In this document: positions 41,486 to 50,947 of the stretch, one piece after another
Layout: each line of letters starts with the position of its first letter
How positions within the stretch are numbered: the first letter of the stretch is position 1
Source of the DNA: Candidatus Omnitrophota bacterium
Lineage (GTDB): Bacteria; Omnitrophota; Gorgyraeia; Zapsychrales; Fredricksoniimonadaceae
DNA length: 64,000 bases
Reading direction: 5' to 3'
Assembly (NCBI GenBank): GCA_016201795.1
Contig: JACQCF010000020.1
Location: 5,651-69,650 of the forward strand
The notes under the pieces: generated by a model
The model's database searches: none
What the model was told of the DNA's origin: nothing
The model's input: the letters and a program-made list of their open reading frames with translations, nothing else
Position numbers and translations under genes: made by a program

Positions 41486-43060
41486 ATGATTCTGCAGTTG
41501 CCAAAAATCGGCTTGGCTCTTGGCCTGGCGTGTGTGTTAACCAGCGCCGCGCAGGCCAATAATTTATCCATTACCAATGTTGCTTTAGCCTCTCGTGATC
41601 CGGCTACCAAATCCCTGGTCATTAAATTCGACGTTAGCTGGAATAATTCCTGGCACAATAAAATTAATCACGATGCCGTATGGCTGACGGTACGATTAAA
41701 TGGCACCCAGGATGCCACCACTCATAAGAGGCTTTGCCAAATTTTAGCTTCCGGTCTTAACCCCGCAGGTTCTTCGACGGGAACAGCCGACAAGCTGGAA
41801 TTTTATGTGCCATCTGATAAAAGAGGAGTGTTTTTGCGTCGTTCTTCTAACGGAAATGTCGCCAATATGGCCACTCAGGGGGCGCAATTAACCGTCGATT
41901 ACAGCAGTTGTGGTTTTTTGGACACTGACCAGGTGTATGCCAGCGTGTTTGGTCTGGAAATGGTCTTTATTCCTCAAGGTGATTTTTATACCGGTGATTA
42001 CAACACCAGCACGGCTTCCTTAAATCAGGGTTCCGCGGATAACAACCCTTGGCATATCATCAGTGAAAACGCCATTCCCGTCACTAATTCGGCTTCTGGT
42101 AGCTATTACTATGTGTCCAATAATAATGCCGGCGAATATGCAACGGGAACCAGTTTTAATATTGCGGCCGCGTTTCCCAAAGGTTACGCTCCATTTTATG
42201 TGATGAAATATGAATTAACCGAAGGGCAATGGGTAGAGTTTATCAATTCTTTGGGATCGTCCGCCCAGCGCGCTAATCGCGATATAACGGATAATGAGCA
42301 TAAAAATTCCGACACTGTCATGGCTCGCAACACCATCAGTTGTGCCGGTAGCCCTTTGGTCTGTTCCACTCAGCGTCCTTGGCGGCCGGTGAGTTTCTTA
42401 AGTTGGATGGATTTAGCCGCCTTCTTAGACTGGGATGCGCTTCGGCCTATGACGGAGTTGGAATTTGAAAAAATTGCCCGCGGTCCGCTTTTACCGGTGC
42501 AAGGAGAGTATGTTTGGGGTACAGGGGATATCGCCGCCGCCGTTCATATGAGCGGTAATGAGGATGGCACAGAGACAATAACGGATGCCAACGCCAACGC
42601 CAATTATAACAATACGACCTTTAGCGGAGGAGATGCTTCCCAGGGCGCATCATATCAAATTGGTCCTTTGCGGGTGGGGATTTTCGCGTCCAACGCCACC
42701 ACCCGCGTGATGGCAGGAGCCAGTTATTACGGGGTCATGGACATTTCCGGTAATCTTAAAGAACGTGTGGTGACCATCGGTAATGCCGCTGGGGGGACAT
42801 TTGATGGACAGCATGGTGATGGCGTTCTTTCTTCCATGACAGGTTTTGAGGGTAACGCTGACACCGCCCACTGGCCGGGGTTAGATGCAATCTCTGGCCG
42901 CGGAGTGACAGGGGCCAACGGCTCTGGTTTTCGCGGCGGCTCTTGGTCGGATAGCGGTAATTTATTAAGAATTTCTGATCGTACAGAAGCGGCTTTAACG
43001 TTAACAGAGGCCACCGCTAGTTTTGGTGGTCGCGGAGTTCGCACTTATGATGGCAATTAA
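41486..43060 (+). CDS. Secreted FGE/SUMF1-domain (sulfatase-modifying-factor-like) protein, paralog 1
   Basis: Signal peptide. C-terminal region has SUMF1/FGE hallmarks (YVMKYELTEGQWVEF; RPVSFLSW; RPMTELEFEKIARG; FRGGSWSD). About 45% identical to the downstream paralog across the full length. Confidence 0.65.
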   Translation: MILQLPKIGLALGLACVLTSAAQANNLSITNVALASRDPATKSLVIKFDVSWNNSWHNKINHDAVWLTVRLNGTQDATTHKRLCQILASGLNPAGSSTGTADKLEFYVPSDKRGVFLRRSSNGNVANMATQGAQLTVDYSSCGFLDTDQVYASVFGLEMVFIPQGDFYTGDYNTSTASLNQGSADNNPWHIISENAIPVTNSASGSYYYVSNNNAGEYATGTSFNIAAAFPKGYAPFYVMKYELTEGQWVEFINSLGSSAQRANRDITDNEHKNSDTVMARNTISCAGSPLVCSTQRPWRPVSFLSWMDLAAFLDWDALRPMTELEFEKIARGPLLPVQGEYVWGTGDIAAAVHMSGNEDGTETITDANANANYNNTTFSGGDASQGASYQIGPLRVGIFASNATTRVMAGASYYGVMDISGNLKERVVTIGNAAGGTFDGQHGDGVLSSMTGFEGNADTAHWPGLDAISGRGVTGANGSGFRGGSWSDSGNLLRISDRTEAALTLTEATASFGGRGVRTYDGN

Positions 43061-44681
43061 GCGCATGGCATTAACGATACTGGTTGTTGTTGGTTTGATG
43101 ACGCTAGCTATGGCTAATGATTTGCAGTTGAGCCATTTGAATGTGGTCAGTACAAATACAGCCGCGCAAACCATGACCTTCAGTTTTGATTTAACGCAGC
43201 AAAACAGTTGGCGTACCACCACCAATTATGATGCCGTGTGGATTTTTATGAAATATTCCACCAACGCAGGAATAACTTGGCAACATGCCACTATGGCCGC
43301 CAACGGTATCAATCCCACCGGATTTTTAGCGCCGGATCATTTTGAAATCGATGTCCCACCGGATCAAAAAGGATTTTTTTTGCATCGTAGTGATTATGGC
43401 TCTGGAACTATTTCACCTCAAGGGATTCAATTTGTCTGGGATTATCGCCAGGACGGTCTCACCACAGCCACAGCCCAAGCCGCCAACACTCTTCATAAAA
43501 TTTTTGGCATTGAAATGGTCTATATTCCAGCCGGCGCTTTTTATGCGGGGGATGGCAACAGTTCCGCAGATTATCATTTAAAGGCTGGCTCCGCGGATAA
43601 TAATCCCTGGTATATTCAAAGTGAAAATGCCATTACCACCACCAACGCAGTTTCCGGCGGTTATTATTATGTCGCCAGCAGTGCTAATGGCGAGAACAAT
43701 ACGGGTGATATTTTTTTAATTCCCGCTTCTTTCCCCAAAGGTTACCACGATTTTTATTTAATGAAATATGAATTAACACAAGGCCAGTGGGTGGGATTTT
43801 TTAACACTCTCTCCCATGCGGCTAAATTGAATCATGACATTACTTCCGCCGATTTAGGAGGTAAAAATTCTCAAGGGGCGGTTTATCGCAATACCATTGC
43901 TTGGGATTCTTCTAATGTTTCTTCCCCAGCGACGACCTCGAGGCCTTGGCGTCCGGTCAGTTTTGTCTCCTGGCCGGATGTGGCGGCCTATGCGGCGTGG
44001 GCAGCGCTGCGTCCTATAACGGAATTGGAATTCGAGAAAGCCGCTCGCGGTAAAGACATTGCCCCTGTACCGGATGAATTGGCCTGGGGGACTGCTTCTT
44101 ACACGGCGGTGACTTCTTCAGATATCGTTCCTTCCAATAGCGATGAAAATGGAACTGAAACCATTCAAAACAGCGCGGCCAATTTGAGCCGTAATTCATT
44201 GGGATTTACTTCCGGTGATGGCAGGGCCTTGGGGCCTGCTCCTAATCAAAGCGGGCCTTTGCGGGCAGGGATTTTTGCGGCTACTTCTAATAATAGAATC
44301 AACAGTGGAGCCGGATTCTACGGCAATATGGAGCTTTCCGGAAATTTGGCAGAGCCAATGGTTACGATCGGCCGTGTGCAGGGCCGCCAATTTTTGGGTA
44401 CCCATGGCAATGGGCAATTGACGACGCTGGCAGGGTTTGAAGGTTTTGCTCCTAATACGGATTGGCCGGGCATTGATACCGCCAATGCCAGCCGGGGAAT
44501 AAGACAGACCGTGGGCATCGGTTATCGCGGGGGCGATTTCGCCTCTTCTAATATTCGTACTTATGAGCTGTCTTCGCGGACGTATGCGGCTAAAGACCCT
44601 GATAGTCAGGGATGTTTTCAGCGTTATGATGCCAACTGCGCTGTTTTCTATGGTGGTCGCTTGGGCCGAACAGCCCCTTAA
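43047..44681 (+). CDS. Secreted FGE/SUMF1-domain protein, paralog 2
   Basis: Signal peptide (MMAIKRMALTILVVVGLMTLAMA). Motifs YLMKYELTQGQWVGF, RPVSFVSW, RPITELEFEKAARG, YRGGDFAS. Start overlaps paralog 1 stop. Confidence 0.65.
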   Translation: MMAIKRMALTILVVVGLMTLAMANDLQLSHLNVVSTNTAAQTMTFSFDLTQQNSWRTTTNYDAVWIFMKYSTNAGITWQHATMAANGINPTGFLAPDHFEIDVPPDQKGFFLHRSDYGSGTISPQGIQFVWDYRQDGLTTATAQAANTLHKIFGIEMVYIPAGAFYAGDGNSSADYHLKAGSADNNPWYIQSENAITTTNAVSGGYYYVASSANGENNTGDIFLIPASFPKGYHDFYLMKYELTQGQWVGFFNTLSHAAKLNHDITSADLGGKNSQGAVYRNTIAWDSSNVSSPATTSRPWRPVSFVSWPDVAAYAAWAALRPITELEFEKAARGKDIAPVPDELAWGTASYTAVTSSDIVPSNSDENGTETIQNSAANLSRNSLGFTSGDGRALGPAPNQSGPLRAGIFAATSNNRINSGAGFYGNMELSGNLAEPMVTIGRVQGRQFLGTHGNGQLTTLAGFEGFAPNTDWPGIDTANASRGIRQTVGIGYRGGDFASSNIRTYELSSRTYAAKDPDSQGCFQRYDANCAVFYGGRLGRTAP

Positions 44682-44690
44682 TACAACGGC

Positions 44691-47297
44691 ATGTCTAAAC
44701 AGGGTTTAAAATTGAACACACCAAACCATCGGCGGATATTTCTTGTCTTGGGAGCTTTTGGGGTATTTGGTTTTATTGTCTCTCAAGCTCTGGCGCAATA
44801 CAGCGGCGGCAGTCAAACCTTCACCGCTGAGGATACCATCGGCAGTGATATTTACAAAGGCGGCGCGCAAACCACCTCCACGTTTGCCAGCTCTGCTTCC
44901 ATTGGGTCTTTGTCCTATGGGACAGCGACTAAACTTGTCTTTACTACTTCTCCCTCAACCACCAAACACTTCTTGAAGTTTGAACGTCAGCCGGTGGTGG
45001 CTATTGAAGATGTCAATGGTAATGTGGTCGCCGGCGATAACAGCACACAGGTCACTATACAAATCCTCAACAATCCTGGCGATGGGGCTCTCTTGGGTAC
45101 GGCCACCATCACAGCTGCTCATGGTTTGGCGCAGTTTACGGATTTGCAAATTAACCGTCCAGGTCAGATGTATACTTTAAAAGCGACGGCGGCTGGCTTG
45201 ATTGACGGTATTTCTGCTAATTTTGATATTTTATCTGGTACAGGGGCCAAAGCTGTCGCCGTCTGGGACAATGCAAGTAGTGCTTTTAATATTTATACCT
45301 GGGTTGAATCGGACAACCAACGTGTTGCATTAGCTGCGGGTAATACATGTACTATTACAATTTTTAAAGTCAATGGCACTACTGAAACGGCGCCGTCCAT
45401 GAGTCTAGATACCACCCAAAATTGGTTTAAATCTGATACTGAATGGACTCCAGTAACGCCTGCAAATTCTTACTTTATCGACATCTCTATTACCAGCGCT
45501 GCTGCCTGCAGCGCTAATGCCGGTAATATTTGTCAGACGTATCAGCCTTTGGATCTTGTGAAATCCACCGTTGAAGCCATTAAAACAAAAACTGACACCA
45601 TCAACTGGCAGGATATCGGGGTTATTAAAGGCAGCACCAACACCATCAACTGGCAGGATATCGGGGTTTTAAAATCAACCGACAGCGCCATTAAGACTGT
45701 CACCGATACTATACCGACCACCATTAACTGGACTGATATTGACCGTATGACTAAAGCGGCCGTGAATTGGACGGATATTTCCCGCCAGTCTTTAGTAGGT
45801 GTTAACTGGAATGATATGATGGTATTAACCACTATCGGTATTAATTGGAGAGACTTCAATACTCTGACCAAAGCGGGTGTGAATTGGAATGATTTAGGGG
45901 TGTTGACGACCAAAGGTGTTAATTGGACAGATTTTCAGAAATTTGCTAGCCTTGGCATAAACTGGACCGATATGGATAAGCTTTTCAAAGCCGGAGTCAA
46001 CTGGAGTGATTTTGCTTTGATGGGTAAAACTAGTATTAACTGGTATGACGTAGCCATTATGTCCGGTGCCAGAATCAATTGGTCGAGTCAAATTAACTGG
46101 TTTAGCCTGGCGGCCTTGACGACTTCGATGGTGAACTGGAATGATTTGGCGGTTCTGTCCATTAATCACATCAACTGGGATGATTTTGGAGTATTAAGCA
46201 AGACAGGGGTCAACTGGTCAAGCGTGGGGGTTTTATCAACGGCCAATATCAATTGGGCGGATATTCAAACATTATCCAAGGCAGGTGTTAACTGGGGCGG
46301 GATCGCTACTTTAGCCAATAGTGGAGTCAATTGGACTAACATTGCTCAGTTGTCTTTATCCAATGTCAATTGGACCGCCTTCGATGTTCTGGGGGCGGCA
46401 GGCGTTAACTGGACCGATATTGCCTCTCTGAGCCTGAAGGGAATTAACTGGACGGATATCTCGACTTTAAGTACCCGGGGAGTTAATTGGGATAATCTCA
46501 GAACTATCTCTACCAGCGGTGTGAACTGGACGGATTTGAATGCTATGACCACCTCTGGTATTAACTGGTTGAGCTTCGGGTCTTTATCTAACGCCGGGAT
46601 TAACTGGGCTGGTATTGATATCCTTTCTGATGCCAATGTTAATTGGTATGGCGTTGGACAAATGTCGACGAACAATATCAATTGGAGTAATTTTAGCGAA
46701 TTATCCACCGCCAATATCAACTGGGAGGATGTGAATGCGCAAAGCCGTGGGGGAATCAACTGGATTGATTACGCCTCCATGACCCACGGCGGGGTTAACT
46801 GGTTTGATCCCGCACTGCAGAGTACCGCGCATATTAATTGGGCAGGGATAAATACCTTAATGAGCAGGGTGGGCTCTATTAATGATGTCTCGAAAAAGGG
46901 CAAGACCAGCGCGGATGCTGCCTTAGGGTATACTCAGGATATTTTGCGTGATTTAGGGCTCAATGGTGTCACGCCGGATGTCTATACCAAATTGAAACTC
47001 CTGGAAAATTCTATTGAGGACATCAAGACATCAGCCCAAGATTTAACCAGCGGCCAGGGCAATTCAGGCAATATGGCTAAACAGATGATTGATAAACTCA
47101 ACAACATATTGGCCAGACAGGCCAAAGCAGCTGGTTTGCAAGAAACGATGAGTGTATCTCAACTGTCTGCTAAAGAATCCAAAGATACACAGAAGGTTAA
47201 CGAAAAATTGGAAGAAATCACGGCCAAGGTCAATGCCTTGCGTGAGGCGATGCAGGTTCAAGATGTGGTCGTCAAGGCCTGGTATGAAAGTGAATAA
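44691..47297 (+). CDS. Large membrane-anchored/secreted protein with N-terminal Ig-like region, ~37 tandem 13-residue N-W repeats and a C-terminal coiled coil
   Basis: N-terminal signal/anchor (IFLVLGAFGVFGFIVSQALA). Repeat consensus S-x-x-G-[VI]-N-W-x-[DN]-[IFL]-x-x-[LM], about 37 copies. C-terminal coiled coil (KLNNILARQAKAAGL...EEITAKVNALREAMQ). Confidence 0.75.
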   Translation: MSKQGLKLNTPNHRRIFLVLGAFGVFGFIVSQALAQYSGGSQTFTAEDTIGSDIYKGGAQTTSTFASSASIGSLSYGTATKLVFTTSPSTTKHFLKFERQPVVAIEDVNGNVVAGDNSTQVTIQILNNPGDGALLGTATITAAHGLAQFTDLQINRPGQMYTLKATAAGLIDGISANFDILSGTGAKAVAVWDNASSAFNIYTWVESDNQRVALAAGNTCTITIFKVNGTTETAPSMSLDTTQNWFKSDTEWTPVTPANSYFIDISITSAAACSANAGNICQTYQPLDLVKSTVEAIKTKTDTINWQDIGVIKGSTNTINWQDIGVLKSTDSAIKTVTDTIPTTINWTDIDRMTKAAVNWTDISRQSLVGVNWNDMMVLTTIGINWRDFNTLTKAGVNWNDLGVLTTKGVNWTDFQKFASLGINWTDMDKLFKAGVNWSDFALMGKTSINWYDVAIMSGARINWSSQINWFSLAALTTSMVNWNDLAVLSINHINWDDFGVLSKTGVNWSSVGVLSTANINWADIQTLSKAGVNWGGIATLANSGVNWTNIAQLSLSNVNWTAFDVLGAAGVNWTDIASLSLKGINWTDISTLSTRGVNWDNLRTISTSGVNWTDLNAMTTSGINWLSFGSLSNAGINWAGIDILSDANVNWYGVGQMSTNNINWSNFSELSTANINWEDVNAQSRGGINWIDYASMTHGGVNWFDPALQSTAHINWAGINTLMSRVGSINDVSKKGKTSADAALGYTQDILRDLGLNGVTPDVYTKLKLLENSIEDIKTSAQDLTSGQGNSGNMAKQMIDKLNNILARQAKAAGLQETMSVSQLSAKESKDTQKVNEKLEEITAKVNALREAMQVQDVVVKAWYESE
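45590..46860 (+). repeat. In-frame tandem 39-bp (13-codon) repeat array encoding the G[VI]NWxD repeats
   Basis: Degenerate at DNA level but invariant AAYTGG (N-W) core recurs every 39 bp. Includes one perfect 28-bp direct duplicate (CACCATCAACTGGCAGGATATCGGGGTT at 45596 and 45641). Confidence 0.7.
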
Positions 47298-47299
47298 TT

Positions 47300-48607
47300 A
47301 TGAACAAAATGTTTGATCCCCCCAGATGGATGACCGTGATCATGGGGCTTACGTTTCTGTTGGGGACAGCACCTCTAGCTTTGGCGGACGTGTATATTAA
47401 TGTGATGGCTGTTAACGGCATGCCGGAGACCAAAGAGAGTCCCATCAAATTTAATTTACCCGGTGATATAACAGCCCAGGATATTCTTGATACTAATGGT
47501 CTTGATTTAGATTATAACGTGAATGACGCTAATTATTATGTGCATGGCAAGGTCACGCTCAAGCCCAAAGAGTCCAAAATTTTTCGTATCCGTGTCCGCG
47601 ATGTCTGGCGATTAACACCCCAACACGTCAATGATATTAAGAATAAAATCGAGCAAGGCTATGAGCAAATAGGAAAGCTCAAAGATCCTCAAGCAGGAGG
47701 GCTTCTTCGAAACCGGCTTCTTGAGAAACTCGATTTTGTTCAAGCACAAAGCACAAAGGCAGACAGTGTTGAGAAGCGTATGGATGCTTTCCGCGCTTAC
47801 ACAAAAGAATTGCAGCGCATTGAATATAATGCCCTGGCCGTCGATTACTGGCGCTCAGACCCCCATGCCGTTGCACAGGACAAAATAATCCGTTTTAATA
47901 TAGAAATTGAGAATCCATTCGACACCGAAAAACCCTATAAACACAAACATTATTTACCCGCCGAGGTCAAACCCGAGAATCTTGTTGAGTTTGAAGGCTT
48001 TGAAGTTCGTTTTGATCAGGCCAGAGGCCAGGTCTTTTTATTTAAAGAGGAACAGCTTAAAGCTAAAGAAAAAAAGAAATATACGATTGGTGTTAAAGAC
48101 GTGTGGTTGATTCCTTCTAAAGACATTAATGATTTACACAGCCGGGCCAATGACGTTTATGATTTTTTAAAAGATTCCAAGTTCGATTCCAGTGCCAAAA
48201 CTCTTTTCGATCATATGAATGTGCTGTTGGCCGATATTGAAGCTTCACAGGCACAGAAAAGAGGAGTCATGGAGCATATCAGCATTTTCCGTAATAATCA
48301 AAAGACCTACGATAGCGCCAAGGCCGACGTGGAAAATCTGGAGAAATTGTTGTCCATGTACCGTGAGGGCATAGAGAAAACCAGAGTGCAGAATATCCTA
48401 CAGAAGGTGCGTTCTCTTAGAGGGCCAGCGGATATTGCCAAAGCTGTCTTTCATAAAAAACCTACTGAAACTACCACCTGGAAATTAATCAAGTGGATTT
48501 TAGTTTTTGTAGCCTTTTTAACTATCCTGAATTTTGTGGTCTGGATGATACGTTCAAAAGAGAAGAAAACGCCCGGGACTCAATCCCCTGGAGAGAAAAT
48601 AGCATAA
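47300..48607 (+). CDS. Hypothetical secreted protein with C-terminal TM anchor and an internal duplication
   Basis: Signal peptide (VIMGLTFLLGTAPLALA). Internal repeat (FRIRVRDVWRLTPQHVNDIKNKIEQGYEQ vs YTIGVKDVWLIPSKDINDLHSRANDVYDFL). C-terminal TM (WKLIKWILVFVAFLTILNFVVWMI). 2-nt gap from the repeat protein and 12-nt gap to the ATPase alpha gene. Confidence 0.5.
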   Translation: MNKMFDPPRWMTVIMGLTFLLGTAPLALADVYINVMAVNGMPETKESPIKFNLPGDITAQDILDTNGLDLDYNVNDANYYVHGKVTLKPKESKIFRIRVRDVWRLTPQHVNDIKNKIEQGYEQIGKLKDPQAGGLLRNRLLEKLDFVQAQSTKADSVEKRMDAFRAYTKELQRIEYNALAVDYWRSDPHAVAQDKIIRFNIEIENPFDTEKPYKHKHYLPAEVKPENLVEFEGFEVRFDQARGQVFLFKEEQLKAKEKKKYTIGVKDVWLIPSKDINDLHSRANDVYDFLKDSKFDSSAKTLFDHMNVLLADIEASQAQKRGVMEHISIFRNNQKTYDSAKADVENLEKLLSMYREGIEKTRVQNILQKVRSLRGPADIAKAVFHKKPTETTTWKLIKWILVFVAFLTILNFVVWMIRSKEKKTPGTQSPGEKIA

Positions 48608-48619
48608 AGCGGTGAGGCT

Positions 48620-50158
48620 GTGATGGGTGCAAAGCAGTTACAATATACGGAAGCCGGCGTCGTCAAAGCTGTTCGCGGCTGTATCGTTCTTGTGAGAGGT
48701 TTGCACCATTGTATTAATGGACAGCTGATGACCTTCGGTTATGGCACCATGGGCATGGTGATTGGTTTTAATGAACAGGAAGCCCAGGTTCTGATTATTA
48801 AAGAAACCGAGAAAATTAAAGCCGGGGATAAGGCCATTGCCTCCATTGAACCGTTTGAAATGCCGGTCGGGGAAAAATTCATTGGGCGCATTGTGAATGT
48901 CTTGGCAGAGCCCCTGGACGGTTTAGGCCCTATTGCCTATGATCAAATGTATCCCATTTTTTCTGAAGCCCCGCCGATTCTGGCGCGTCAGCCTTTAAAT
49001 AAAACGTTGGAAACAGGCATTAAAGTTTTGGATGTTATGACTCCCATCGGTCTTGGCCAGCGTGAGTTAATCCTGGGGGATAAGGGAACGGGCAAAACAA
49101 CTTTTGTGACGGATACGATTCTCAATCAAAAACATACCGGCCTCATATGCATTTATGTGGCCATCGGTAAACCCAAATCCGCTCTGGCTAAAATCGTGCA
49201 GTTGTTTAAAGACCACGATTGTTTCAAGTACAGTTTGATTATTTGTGCCGGGGCATCGTCTGTGCCCGGCCAACAGTATTTGGCGCCGTATGTCGCCTGT
49301 TCAGTGGCAGAATATTTTTTGCATCAGGGCAAGAATGTTTTTATTGGATTTGATGATTTGACCAAACACGCCTGGTGTTATCGGGAAATTTCGCTGTTGC
49401 TGGGCCGCCCTCCCGGACGCGACTCTTATCCCGGAGATATTTTCTATCTGCATTCGAAGATGATCGAGCGCGCCTGTTATCTGGATGAAAAACACGGGGG
49501 TGGGTCCATGACTTTTTTCCCCATTGTGGAGATCCTCGAAGGTGACCTGACGGCTTTTGTGCCTTCCAACCTGGTTTCCATGACCGATGGACAAATTTAT
49601 TTAAGCAGTTCGCTTTTTGGCGAAGGCCAAAAGCCCGCCTTGGATTTGGGTTTATCTATTTCCCGTGTTGGCTCCAAAGTACAATGGCCGGCGATCAAAT
49701 CTCTTTCCGGCCCTTTACGTTTGGAATATTTGCAGTATAGGGAATTACTACGCATTTCCAAACTCAAAACCACCGGCTATTCTGATGAAACTCTGGAGAA
49801 GCTCAAACGCGGGGCGATTTTGACCGAAATTTTGCGTCAGGATAAGGACAGGCCCGTGATACAGGAGATTCAAGTGATGATTTTTTATGCCTTTACCAGG
49901 AAAATGCTCGATGAATTAACCATTCCCGAAGTCAGGATTTTCCAGGATGAAATCCTTGAGTATACGTGCAAGAATAATCCGGATTTATTAACACTGTTAA
50001 AAGAAAAGCGCAGGCTTGATCCGGATATTGAAAAAGGCATCAGCAGCGTCGTTGGCGCTTATGTGCAAGCATTGATGGGGCAACGTAAGCAGCAATCTTT
50101 GGATCAGCGGGATGATGAGGCGGCCGAGCTTCAGCCGGCGCAGGCCAAAGGGGTCTAA
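48620..50158 (+). CDS. F-type ATPase alpha-subunit homolog (divergent)
   Basis: Alpha-type N-terminal beta-barrel, P-loop GDKGTGKT (canonical GDRQTGKT). Long colinear match to AtpA: CIYVAIGKPKSALAKIV, YLAPYVACSVAEYF, LLLGRPPGRDSYPGDIFYLHSKMIERA. Confidence 0.8.
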   Translation: MMGAKQLQYTEAGVVKAVRGCIVLVRGLHHCINGQLMTFGYGTMGMVIGFNEQEAQVLIIKETEKIKAGDKAIASIEPFEMPVGEKFIGRIVNVLAEPLDGLGPIAYDQMYPIFSEAPPILARQPLNKTLETGIKVLDVMTPIGLGQRELILGDKGTGKTTFVTDTILNQKHTGLICIYVAIGKPKSALAKIVQLFKDHDCFKYSLIICAGASSVPGQQYLAPYVACSVAEYFLHQGKNVFIGFDDLTKHAWCYREISLLLGRPPGRDSYPGDIFYLHSKMIERACYLDEKHGGGSMTFFPIVEILEGDLTAFVPSNLVSMTDGQIYLSSSLFGEGQKPALDLGLSISRVGSKVQWPAIKSLSGPLRLEYLQYRELLRISKLKTTGYSDETLEKLKRGAILTEILRQDKDRPVIQEIQVMIFYAFTRKMLDELTIPEVRIFQDEILEYTCKNNPDLLTLLKEKRRLDPDIEKGISSVVGAYVQALMGQRKQQSLDQRDDEAAELQPAQAKGV

Positions 50159-50163
50159 AATAT

Positions 50164-50466
50164 ATGGCTCAAAACAGAACCAATTTTCGCTGCACCATTC
50201 TCAGTCCCCAAAATTTAATATTTGAAGACGATGTGAACAGTTTGTTTATTATTGGCGATAGAAGCGAATATGAACTGTTAGCGTATCATTATCCTTTGGT
50301 TGGTCTTATTCAAAAAGGAGATATTATCATAGACGCCAAGCGCCGTATTTCGATACGTTCCGGCATCTTACGATTTTTCGCCAATGAATGTACGATCTTA
50401 ATTGAGGACACCGAGCATACGTTTGCCTCTGGCCGGCGTTCTTTGGATGAGGTGATTAAACTTTAA
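50164..50466 (+). CDS. F-type ATPase epsilon-subunit homolog (short, beta-sandwich only)
   Basis: 100 aa. Pattern L.ILSPQ...FE..V..L.I.G..SEYELLAYHYPLVGLI..G.I...  ...RISIRSGILRF...CTILIED matches the AtpC N-terminal domain. Lacks the C-terminal inhibitory helices. Confidence 0.6.
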   Translation: MAQNRTNFRCTILSPQNLIFEDDVNSLFIIGDRSEYELLAYHYPLVGLIQKGDIIIDAKRRISIRSGILRFFANECTILIEDTEHTFASGRRSLDEVIKL

Positions 50467-50485
50467 GTAAAGCGAAGGCTTTGGT

Positions 50486-50704
50486 ATGTTAGCCGACACA
50501 TTTATTATTCTTACGGTCATGTTTATTGCGGTCATGGGGCCATCGGTGGTGGTGGCCATTTTAGGCTATGCGGTCATCAAAGCTTTAAGCCGTAATCCGT
50601 CGGCCGCTTCCAAAATTTTTATGGGCATGGCGATCATGCTGGTGTTTGTCGAGGCCATTGCGGTGGTAGCGATTTTAATCATTTTTCAGATGTTTGGTAA
50701 GTAG
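50486..50704 (+). CDS. F-type ATPase c-subunit (proteolipid)
   Basis: 72-aa helical hairpin with RNP polar loop and conserved TM2 carboxylate (MLVFVEAIAVVAILI). Confidence 0.7.
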   Translation: MLADTFIILTVMFIAVMGPSVVVAILGYAVIKALSRNPSAASKIFMGMAIMLVFVEAIAVVAILIIFQMFGK

Positions 50705-50710
50705 GCGCTT

Positions 50711-50938
50711 ATGGGATTTCGTTTATGGTATGAAGGCATTCTTTTTATGGTGTCGTTCGGGCTGATTGTCGGTTTGCCGTGTTTTTTCGTGGCGGTTTTA
50801 GGATCAAAAATGATCAATGATTTGGGTTATTTTCCGACCAAGGCGGCTAAGATTCAGCTGAATATGTCATGGAAAATTTTTATGGTCGAGGTTGTTGCAT
50901 TTTTGATGCTGATCGTTTTTTTTCATATTTTTAGCTAA
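50711..50938 (+). CDS. Second c-subunit-like hairpin protein (c' paralog or AtpZ/AtpR-like)
   Basis: 75-aa two-TM hairpin with a glutamate in TM2 (IFMVEVVAFLMLIV). Divergent from the upstream c-subunit. Confidence 0.4.
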   Translation: MGFRLWYEGILFMVSFGLIVGLPCFFVAVLGSKMINDLGYFPTKAAKIQLNMSWKIFMVEVVAFLMLIVFFHIFS

Positions 50939-50947
50939 TCAAGGGGC

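Noticed and set aside
45590-46860. 39-bp periodic repeats examined as a possible CRISPR array
   Set aside because: Repeats are in-frame, degenerate at DNA level but conserved at protein level, and have no spacer-like unique segments. They are a coding tandem repeat.
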